From: Pseudomonadota bacterium | Lineage (GTDB): Bacteria; UBA10199; 2-02-FULL-44-16; JBDRGF01 | Length of the DNA stretch: 59,588 nucleotides | Direction: 5' to 3' | NCBI GenBank assembly: GCA_043818055.1 | Contig: JBDRGF010000071.1 | Span: 1-59,588, forward strand | Shown here: positions 52,315-59,588 of the stretch, one piece after another | Numbering within the stretch: the first letter of the stretch is position 1 | How the letters are laid out: each line of letters begins with the position of its first letter | Notes under the pieces: model-generated | Database searches by the model: none | Told to the model about the DNA's origin: nothing | Seen by the model: the letters and a program-made list of their open reading frames with translations, nothing else | Program-made: the position numbers and the translations under genes

Positions 52315-52790
52315 ATGATGACCTTGACATGGCCGGTCAAGCCCAAATGGGAAACGTTAATAGCTAAGATCTTCAGTTCTATCCCAGTGATCTTTCCTCA
52401 CTGCAAAACAATCATGGATCTCAAGGAGTTTATGTTTGATGAAAGAGTCATTCGAAGAACTTTCCCGTATATCGCTCGATCTCCACCCAAACTTCAGCTT
52501 GAGAAGATTGAACTGAAGGAAAACGAATCGACTTATTCATTGTTCTCATACGAACAAAGTGAAGGTATCAATCAGGATCAACCTTGGAATGACGACGATT
52601 TCAATCAGGATTTAAGCTGGTGATGAGGATGTGTGTTAAAACAGTAAATCTTCATCTTTTGCTCTACTCAATATCAAACCATCCGGATCTCATATGATGA
52701 AAACCTGCTCTTTTGAACCTCTTTGAGATACTATCTATAACGTCTTAAGCAAAACTCTTGGCTATTATTGTTATATTTGAATTTGTATCC
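52315..52790 (+). mobile_element. Remnant of an IS91/ISCR-like rolling-circle element (transposase C-terminus plus oriIS-like end)
   Basis: WETLIAKIFSSIPVIFPHCKTIM...VIRRTF..ARSPP...DDFNQD resembles IS91/ISCR transposase C-termini; TTTGAATTTGTATCC at 52776-52790 resembles ISCR oriIS. Confidence 0.5.
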
Positions 52791-53247
52791 GGTCCGCTTT
52801 TTCAGAATGTTCCTATATATTATCTTAGCAGGGCATGGTTCAAAAACATCAATTCAATTTGGGCCAAGAAATCAATTAACAATCGGAAAGGTGGCTTTTG
52901 CTGTTAATACCGGACCAAAAGATCATCTGGACCTTTCATATGAAAAACATCTTAAACAGATTAACTTCGGAAAAGCTATTGTTAGAGGTGGTTATTTATT
53001 GCTGAATTCATGTAAAAATGGAAAGGGGCGTCGCGCTGGAAAAAACATGGCTAATATGATGCATCGAGTGGTGCCGCACGTTCATGTTTTATCAGTTGAT
53101 GAGAGTTTTGTAGGCTACTTAGGCATGTGCACAGGAATTAAAACATGTATCAAATTTAAATCGATCATCTGGGTTCGCAAATACGCAAAACATCACCCAC
53201 GTCTATACCACATTAGACCCAAGAGGGTAATCCCACGGAAAAAATAA
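52768..53247 (+). CDS. Hypothetical protein (possibly a fragment)
   Basis: 159-aa open frame with no clear RBS or family. Confidence 0.3.
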   Translation: MLYLNLYPVRFFRMFLYIILAGHGSKTSIQFGPRNQLTIGKVAFAVNTGPKDHLDLSYEKHLKQINFGKAIVRGGYLLLNSCKNGKGRRAGKNMANMMHRVVPHVHVLSVDESFVGYLGMCTGIKTCIKFKSIIWVRKYAKHHPRLYHIRPKRVIPRKK

Positions 53248-53289
53248 AAAAACATTGGCACAATCAAACGGATCGGTTATACAAAAACC

Positions 53290-54594
53290 ATGTTAAATAT
53301 TACAAATAAAAAAAGTACAACAGAAGACGCCAATGGATTAGAGCAAAACAAAATATTTTTTAGAAAGAGGCCTATTCAAAAGAATAAATCGTTAAGCTCA
53401 ACCCTCTCTTATAGTAGGCAAACAAAGAGACTTGCATTTCTCCCCAAACTGCAATTTCACCCCTTCCCACTTTTATCTGGGGCGAGTAAAAGAGATACTC
53501 AGAAGAGGGTAGAAGGGTTAATTAAAAGATTGAGGAATAAAAATTGGAGAGTGCGTAAGTCTGCTGCATGGGCATTAGGCGATCTAGGTCCCAAAGCAGC
53601 AAGCGCTGTTCCAGCTTTGATCAGAGCTTTGAAAGATAGAAAAAGTAGAGTACGCAAGAAAGCTGAAAGGGCATTAAGCAGTATCGGCCTTCTTGCTGTT
53701 CCTGCTTTGATCAGTGCTTTGAAGGATAAAAATCAATTTGTAAGCAAAAAAGCTGCGAGAGCATTAAGCAAAATGCCTCCCAACGCCTCCGCTGTCGTCG
53801 TTTTGAGCTTGATCAAAGCATTGAAAGACAAAAAAAGTTATGTTCGTAAAAATGCTGCATGGGCCTTAGGTAAGATCGGTCCTAATTCAGCTACTGCTGT
53901 TCCCGCCTTGATCAAAGCATTGGAAGATAAAGAAAGCTACGTTCGTAAAAGTACTGCATGGGCATTAGGCAAAATAGGTCCCAATGCAGCTAGTGCCGTT
54001 CCTGCTTTGATCAAAGCATTGAAAGATAAAGAAAGCGATGTTCGTAAAAGTGCTGCTAGAGCATTAGGCATGTTAGGTCCTAATGCGGCTAGTGCTGTTC
54101 CTGCTTTGATTAAAGCATTGAAAGATAAAGAAGGCTGGGTTCGTAGAAGTGCTGCTAGAGCATTAGTCATGTTAGGTCCTAATGCGGCAAGTGCTGCTGT
54201 TCCTGCTTTGATCAATTCATTGAAAAGTAAGTATTATGGTGTCCGTGTAAAGGCTGTTAAAGCATTAGGCAAGATAGGTCCCAAGGCTTCCTCTGCTGTT
54301 CCTGGTTTGGTAAGGGTAATGTTGAGAGATAAAAAAACATGGGGGCGCATGTATGCTGCATGGGCATTAGGCAAGATAGGTCCCAATGCAGCTAGTGCCG
54401 TTCCTGCTTTGATCAGAGCATTAAAGGATAGAAGTTGGTATGTACGCGCTGAAGCTGCCACTGCATTAGGCAGAATAGGCCACAAGGCCGCCGCCGCCAT
54501 TCCTGCATTGAAAACAATTTTAAAACAAGATAAAGACTCTACAGTTAGAAGCTCGGCAATCAAGGCAATCATTGAGATAAAACAAAGAAAATAA
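53290..54594 (+). CDS. HEAT/PBS-lyase repeat protein
   Basis: About 11 tandem ~31-aa units VRxxAAxALGxIGPxAxxAVPALIxALKD, with repeats also visible at DNA level. Confidence 0.9.
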   Translation: MLNITNKKSTTEDANGLEQNKIFFRKRPIQKNKSLSSTLSYSRQTKRLAFLPKLQFHPFPLLSGASKRDTQKRVEGLIKRLRNKNWRVRKSAAWALGDLGPKAASAVPALIRALKDRKSRVRKKAERALSSIGLLAVPALISALKDKNQFVSKKAARALSKMPPNASAVVVLSLIKALKDKKSYVRKNAAWALGKIGPNSATAVPALIKALEDKESYVRKSTAWALGKIGPNAASAVPALIKALKDKESDVRKSAARALGMLGPNAASAVPALIKALKDKEGWVRRSAARALVMLGPNAASAAVPALINSLKSKYYGVRVKAVKALGKIGPKASSAVPGLVRVMLRDKKTWGRMYAAWALGKIGPNAASAVPALIRALKDRSWYVRAEAATALGRIGHKAAAAIPALKTILKQDKDSTVRSSAIKAIIEIKQRK

Positions 54595-54786
54595 AACCGT
54601 ACCTCCAAAACAAGTGCGAAGAATAAGGAACTGCTCGGCAACAACCTCTAAGCTGGAAAAAATTGCAAAAATGATCATAATGCTTCATTTCGTACCTACA
54701 CAGTGTAAAATGGGGAATATTTAGCTCAATTAAACGAAATTAATATCTTCCAAAAAACTTTTTAACAGCATTCCATCTAATTCGGG

Positions 54787-55536
54787 GTAGAGTAGAGGGC
54801 AGGTAGAGAAAACTTTAGATATACGCGCCTCTTTCGTTTGGCGGTGCCTCACTAGCTACATCATAGCTTTCAACCAGCCCTCCCTCATCAAACCGTGCTT
54901 GCGGTTTTCCCGCACACGGCTTTCCGATGTTCTTCATCACAAAGCATGCGCCTTCGTCCAACCCGCCGTTGTCGGCACTTGCCTTGCGGTAAAGCTTCCT
55001 CTGTAGCGTTCTGATGTTTTCAGGAGTTGTTAGCATTTCTGCAATCCCCTCATCCTCCGCCCTTCGGTTGCATGAACAAAGTAGAGCTCCTTCCCTTGGG
55101 TAGAGTTATGTTGTCTCTTATCCTCGTGCGGTACTATGAGCCCCTCCGACTCCCGATTTGACCCTGTGCGATTTCGTTTCCTTATACGCATTGGTTGCTG
55201 CTCCTCATGCTTAATCAAATCGGGTCTCCAGCACTGAACTATTTATCTTCTGCAACATGCCGACCCTGCTACCCCGGAAGATCACACTGGCTTTTTTCCC
55301 CCCGTTATCAATGCCTATGTGCTTCGGCCTTCCCCATGTGTCCACTGGGTCGGCATCTCCAAATGAGTTTAACGAGGCTACATATAGGTTCACTTTCGTT
55401 ACGGCCTGCTGCTTTGCCAATTGGGAACTTACGACCGCTGATTGCTCAAACGCCGCTCCCTTGAACTACCGGGGCGCACGGATAATTCCCCGGACGGGAC
55501 TTTAACCCGCTAGATTAAACAGTTGTTACTGCGTAC
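54787..55536 (-). mobile_element. Group II intron with internally deleted RT/maturase ORF
   Basis: 5' GTACG; domain V AAGCCGTGTGCGGGAAAACCGCAAGCACGGTTTGA (AGC triad); 3' end CTACTCTAC; EBS1 loop GGACACA (55337-55343) complementary to 5' exon TGTGTCC. Confidence 0.92.
54937..55036 (-). pseudogene. Fused N- and C-terminal stubs of the intron-encoded protein
   Basis: MLTTPENIRTLQRKLYRKA joined out of frame to VPTTAGWTKAHAL*; no RT or YADD region remains. Confidence 0.8.
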
Positions 55537-55576
55537 GGACACAATACTTAATTCAAATGAATTAAGTATTGTGTCC
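55537..55576. repeat. Perfect 19-bp-stem palindrome (intron target)
   Basis: GGACACAATACTTAATTCA-AA-TGAATTAAGTATTGTGTCC; its left flank TAATTCGGG lies beyond the intron at 54778-54786. Confidence 0.9.
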
Positions 55577-55608
55577 TCAGATCTAGAAAAAGCTTTCAGT
55601 CACGGAGC

Positions 55609-56544
55609 TTAAAGGTCGGAGTTTTTAGACAGACAACTTGGCAACATTATAAGTCTATTGAATGTCTGTGCAATTGCATCGGTGTCGTTTGAACCAATTA
55701 TAAAGGCTGCGGACTTACATGCGCCATCAGTACAATTTCCCATTGCAAAGCTAACAGGAAAATAGCTAAGCATCCCAACATCATTTCCACTATCACCAAA
55801 AACAATAACATCATCCTTGTCGAGGTTCTTATCTTTAATTATTTCTTTCAAGGCGTTTCCCTTATCAACTCCTTTTGGAACGAGCTGAATCACTGTCGAA
55901 CCACTAACAAGAATTGATGCGTCGTTTCCAATCATCTCTTCAAGTGATTTCTTTATTTCATCAGCATGGCCATCTTCTACTAACAGGGTGATATTAATTG
56001 CCGATCTATTATTTTTTTCCGCTTCATATTTATTAACGCATTCAATTAAATTGCTACACACGTCATTTGATGTTACCCCCCATTTTTTTACGCGCTCGGC
56101 AAGTTTGACGGGAATGTTATCAAGCAGCATTTTTTTAGGATACATAACAATATTGACAACTACATTTTTGTTCTGAGTAAGGACTGCTAAGGCCTTTTGT
56201 GTGACGGATTTTGGAAGGGTGATTTTTCTTAAAATATCCTTTCCACTTGAAGAAAAAACTACGCCGCCATTTGATAAGACAATTGGAAGACTGGGCTTTA
56301 TGTCATTCAGATATGGAGTTACCTGTGACAATGTTCTCCCAGTAACAATTCCAATTTTTCCACCACAACCCTCAAAATTAGAAATTGCTTTGATTGTTTC
56401 AGGCCTAATCTCGTGGTTTGAACCAAGAGATGTTCCATCTAAATCTAAGTAAACAGCAGAAAATCGAACCTGTTTATTTTCAGAAAGTGAACAAGCTGAG
56501 ATAATCACGCAAAGGAAACAAACAACTATTATACTTTTTTTCAT
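55609..56544 (-). CDS. Cof-type HAD-IIB hydrolase with lipoprotein signal
   Basis: MKKSIIVVCFLCVIISAC lipobox-like; DLDGT, TGR, SNGG, VDKG, FGDSGNDVGM, AMGN. Confidence 0.88.
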   Translation of the reverse strand: MKKSIIVVCFLCVIISACSLSENKQVRFSAVYLDLDGTSLGSNHEIRPETIKAISNFEGCGGKIGIVTGRTLSQVTPYLNDIKPSLPIVLSNGGVVFSSSGKDILRKITLPKSVTQKALAVLTQNKNVVVNIVMYPKKMLLDNIPVKLAERVKKWGVTSNDVCSNLIECVNKYEAEKNNRSAINITLLVEDGHADEIKKSLEEMIGNDASILVSGSTVIQLVPKGVDKGNALKEIIKDKNLDKDDVIVFGDSGNDVGMLSYFPVSFAMGNCTDGACKSAAFIIGSNDTDAIAQTFNRLIMLPSCLSKNSDL

Positions 56545-56821
56545 TGTATTCCCTCCCCCTGGTTCCAAAGAATTTACCGATGAACAGCGTCCTCAGGTGT
56601 ATAGTACCAATCTCCTTTTGTATACTCTTTCGTTTTGCCATTTATCGCGGAAGGTTGGTGACGGAGGAAGATTAACTGATTGATAAATAAGGAACAATTT
56701 CAGACGGAGTCAATAAGTAAAAATAACTTTATCAATGTTCATTTTCAGACAACGCGTCCAGAAATCAAACATTCACAAACATCCCAGCACACAAATCACA
56801 ACAATATCAACAACAGCATCC

Positions 56822-56837
56822 TGGCATAATTATTGCT
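56822..56837 (+). promoter_or_regulatory. sigma54 -24/-12 promoter upstream of the ORF6N gene
   Basis: TGGCAT-AATTA-TTGCT (GG-N10-GC). Confidence 0.6.
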
Positions 56838-56919
56838 TCTAAGTAGAAAAGGACTGAACAACGGATAAGCTAAAATTTTGATATTCTAATTTTCTATTTT
56901 AAAAGAGAAAGATAGCTTC

Positions 56920-57447
56920 ATGAAGCAAACAGATTTGATTATCCCTGGATTTATCGAAAAGAAAATTTACTTTATTCGAGAGCACAGAGTCATATTGGAT
57001 TCAGACTTGGCTGAGCTCTATGAGGTTTCGGTGAAGATTCTAAATCAGGCCATTAAACGTAATAAGTCGCGTTTTCCAGCTGATTTCATGTTTCAGTTAA
57101 CAAAGGAAGAAGATCAATCTTTAAGGTCACAATTTGTGACCTTAAACACGGGGCGAGGGCAGCATCGAAAATATCTTCCGTATGCCTTCACAGAACAGGG
57201 CGTTGCTATGCTATCAAGCGTCTTAAAGAGCAAGCGTGCTATTCAAGTCAACATCGAAATCATGAGAACCTTTGTTAAATTACGAGAATTAATATCATCA
57301 CATCGAGGTCTTGCACAAAAATTGAATGCGCTTGAAAAACATTACAACTATAAATTTAAAATTGTATTTGATGCAATTCATGAACTCATGACTCCGCCAA
57401 CTCCGAAGAGGAGAAGAATAGGATTTAAAGTTGACGATAAGAAATAA
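56920..57447 (+). CDS. ORF6N-domain DNA-binding protein
   Basis: VILDSDLAELYEV, NQAIKRN..RFPADFMFQLT, PYAFTEQGVAMLSSVL, RRRIGF. Confidence 0.92.
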   Translation: MKQTDLIIPGFIEKKIYFIREHRVILDSDLAELYEVSVKILNQAIKRNKSRFPADFMFQLTKEEDQSLRSQFVTLNTGRGQHRKYLPYAFTEQGVAMLSSVLKSKRAIQVNIEIMRTFVKLRELISSHRGLAQKLNALEKHYNYKFKIVFDAIHELMTPPTPKRRRIGFKVDDKK

Positions 57448-57509
57448 TCGGTTCGTGTGCTTGATCGCAAAATAGACCCGACCGTCTAATTCCACTCCAC
57501 ACCAAATAT

Positions 57510-57545
57510 AAACAAGAAAACCCTCGAATGAGGGTTATCTTGTTT
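57510..57545. terminator. Bidirectional-type terminator hairpin
   Basis: AAACAAGAAAACCCTC-GAAT-GAGGGTTATCTTGTTT. Confidence 0.65.
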
Positions 57546-57600
57546 CTGTTCGAGGACTAGGATTGACTGCGCTTGCCTTCGGCGATGCTCGTCCAATGTT

Positions 57601-57663
57601 TAATTCGGGGGACACAATACTTTATTCAGTGCTAAAACTAGAATTAAGTATTGTGTCCCCCGA
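57601..57663. repeat. Intron-free copy of the palindromic element
   Basis: TAATTCGGGGGACACAATACTTTATTC...GAATTAAGTATTGTGTCCCCCGA. Confidence 0.9.
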
Positions 57664-57760
57664 TCAAATCTTTAGTCTCCGAAAAATCCACACTCACGGG
57701 CAGTTTCGAAAAGCAAAATAGAATATAACCCATATATTCAGGGAGCTTGACAACAAAAAC

Positions 57761-59497
57761 ATGTGTGATAAGTCTACCTTAGTAGGGGGAGCAAGGGCGA
57801 TAAAGGAGCGAAAAAAGATGCTTCCCACAAAAGAGACCAACCACAATAAAAACCGCTTTCCCATTCACCAGAGTTCTAAGATTCGTCTGTCTGCAGGAAA
57901 ATTAAAGCTAAGTCCTATGGGGAAAGAGCGTCACACCAACTTGAATCCCAAAGGGCTCCCCTGGGTGAGCCAACCAGTAAAACTAGCAGCTAATCGCAAA
58001 ACTGGAAAAACCACTGTAAGAAAAAAAAGTGCAAAACAAGGATTCAAAAGTCCAATACTATGGGATGGTTTCTCTGTTGCCTTCTCAATGAAGGTTCTCA
58101 TAACGGAAGAACATTCAAACGATCTGAAGAAGTTGCTAAGCGCAGAGAAGTACAGTCGTGACATGAAACTAGATCGTTTTTCAAAGCCAGAAAAAGGGAA
58201 AATTTCAGAAAACCCACTGCTGGTAGGTATTAGGTTTAGCACGGGAGTAAAAACGAGCGACAATCACCATGCCTTTTCCCTAAGTTATAGCTATTTCCCA
58301 TCTAAAAGATCTTTGCATTTTGGCAATTTTTCTTTTGAAGGTTTGGAGATGAAGAGAACCGGACACCAATGGGGAATCGGCTATTCATATCGCTTTTTTC
58401 ACAATATTCCCATAACAGTAGAGAAACCTGATGATAAGCTTTACCTCTCCTTTGGTGCAACCTCAGCCTTATCATTCGGAATGTCCTCCTATGATTTTAC
58501 CACTGCTTTTCCTTCTAATAAAGAGTACATAGATCAGGACAATATTTGGTACATGGGGGGATTTATAGGCGCTGAGTTGTCAATAGGTCACCCCTCGTTT
58601 AAATTTTTCGTCAGACCAGGTTTTTCCTTGGGATTTACTTTAAACAACAGCCCGAATTTTTATATCAAAAGTGGCACTCCAAGCGTTGCTTTTGTCCTAT
58701 TAATGGGCATGCGTTTTTTAGAATATAATCGCGCTTTTTTTCCCTGGAATCTTTTCAATAAAAAAACACAAATTAAAACTACTCCTACAATCACCTCTTC
58801 CAAAAAGAAAAAAAGCAAACGCAGTTGGAAGAGGAGGAAAAAGAGGTATTATAACTACTTTGAGAAAATACCATCCACATTTTACACTGGCATCGTTTAT
58901 GGTCCTGATCGTCAGCAAACAACAGTAACTATAAAACGTGACATAAGAATTACCAGACAACGAATAATCTTTAAAGCCGGAACAAAACTTACCTTCAGAA
59001 AAGGCGTTCTCGTTACTGCAATATTATCCAAGGATCACATCATCAATGGAATACCTTGTAAAAAAGGGGGAGAGGTTCAGTTCCATACAAACGGTAATAT
59101 TAAATCCACCACGCTTTCAAAAAACCATATTTTTTTCATTCGCGATAAAGAAATGTCCGGCAAGGCGGGGACCAAAGCTGAATTTAACAGTGATGGCAGC
59201 GTTAAATCCTTCACACTCTCAAAAAAACACACCGTCCATGGGATATCCTTCGAAGCGAGGACAAAAATACGTTTTGACCAACAGAAAACCTTAGATTTCG
59301 AAACCTTAGAAGTATATACAATAAACTCTTACAAACTCTCTTCTGCTATCCTCTCCAAGGAACACACTATTCAGAAAATTCTGTGCAAAGCTGGAAGAGA
59401 GGTGCGATTTGACAAAGAAGGGAAACTTTGTAGTTACGAAATTGTTCCTAAGGAGCTGTCACAAAATAACTTGAGGTTCTTTGATAATCTGATATAA
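57761..59497 (+). CDS. Hypothetical protein: basic N-terminus, beta-strand-rich (barrel-like) middle, C-terminal beta-repeats
   Basis: Alternating aromatic/polar strands; repeats such as AILSKDHIINGIPCKKGGEVQF..NG.IKS.TLSK.H. Start may be ATG 57818. Confidence 0.65.
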   Translation: MCDKSTLVGGARAIKERKKMLPTKETNHNKNRFPIHQSSKIRLSAGKLKLSPMGKERHTNLNPKGLPWVSQPVKLAANRKTGKTTVRKKSAKQGFKSPILWDGFSVAFSMKVLITEEHSNDLKKLLSAEKYSRDMKLDRFSKPEKGKISENPLLVGIRFSTGVKTSDNHHAFSLSYSYFPSKRSLHFGNFSFEGLEMKRTGHQWGIGYSYRFFHNIPITVEKPDDKLYLSFGATSALSFGMSSYDFTTAFPSNKEYIDQDNIWYMGGFIGAELSIGHPSFKFFVRPGFSLGFTLNNSPNFYIKSGTPSVAFVLLMGMRFLEYNRAFFPWNLFNKKTQIKTTPTITSSKKKKSKRSWKRRKKRYYNYFEKIPSTFYTGIVYGPDRQQTTVTIKRDIRITRQRIIFKAGTKLTFRKGVLVTAILSKDHIINGIPCKKGGEVQFHTNGNIKSTTLSKNHIFFIRDKEMSGKAGTKAEFNSDGSVKSFTLSKKHTVHGISFEARTKIRFDQQKTLDFETLEVYTINSYKLSSAILSKEHTIQKILCKAGREVRFDKEGKLCSYEIVPKELSQNNLRFFDNLI

Positions 59498-59588
59498 TCA
59501 GGGGAATGATTCTATGGGATGGAAAATTAAAAGAAAAACTGTCAATTTTGCTGCCCTCTCTTAACGAGAAGCAAAAAAGACTGCTCGT

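Noticed and set aside
53040..53130. Y-family polymerase-like motif LSVDESFVG in ORF 52768-53247
   Set aside because: Single motif only; the N-terminal catalytic motif and overall length do not fit.
53600..54480. DNA-level ~93-bp tandem repeats as a non-coding array or DGR template
   Set aside because: Fully explained by in-frame HEAT repeat coding; no adenine-specific variation or RT seen.
55030..55505. ORFs 55030-55218, 55195-55464, 55211-55420, 55257-55505
   Set aside because: They lie inside structured domains I-III of the group II intron and have no protein features.
55537..55576. Integron attC site
   Set aside because: No RYYYAAC/GTTRRRY core ends or extrahelical bases, and no integron integrase in the window.
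56920..57447. Prophage suggested by ORF6N
   Set aside because: No integrase, structural or replication genes nearby; ORF6N genes often occur alone.
57546..57600. tRNA 3'-end-like fragment (minus strand AATCCTAGTCCTCGAACA) next to a terminator, possible att site
   Set aside because: Too short and degenerate; no TTCG T-loop, CCA or second copy in the window.
687..59294. Numerous short ORF-track entries overlapping real genes (e.g. 6200-6808, 13452-14012, 26605-27297, 49085-49876, 54234-54644)
   Set aside because: Antisense or off-frame shadows of well-supported CDSs, with no motifs or RBS.
1..59588. CRISPR array, rRNA or complete tRNA genes
   Set aside because: No regularly spaced identical repeats with unique spacers and no cloverleaf or rRNA signatures seen by eye.

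Overview
Bacterial chromosomal window of moderate GC. The Ser/Thr kinase-PEGA plus FHA-sigma54 activator pair and the gene style suggest a deltaproteobacterium-like organism (inference). It starts with yggS-yggU and a kinase/FHA-EBP signalling unit facing a sigma54-driven lipoprotein peptidase. It continues with a two-component pair, xfp-ackA, an AT-rich PPR-like repeat protein, AAA and ABC-F ATPases, and a glutamate dehydrogenase / pseudo-GDH / PPDK-N operon. Next come yajQ, an arsenic cluster (DUF134-arsM-arsF-arsG-acr3), TolC-MacA-MacB, and a toxin/defence-rich stretch (HipA + HTH-DUF1488, MauJ/HEPN-like, AbiE). The last third holds a SpoIIE-RsbW/ALDH/STAS operon, an IS91-like remnant, HEAT-repeat proteins, and a 750-nt group II intron with its ORF internally deleted. 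The intron sits at the base of a perfect palindromic repeat, and an intron-free copy of that repeat lies 2 kb downstream. Intergenic DNA carries several families of REP/MITE-like palindromes, some nested in each other. No rRNA, complete tRNA or CRISPR array was seen. All calls come from reading motifs by eye; no database searches were run.
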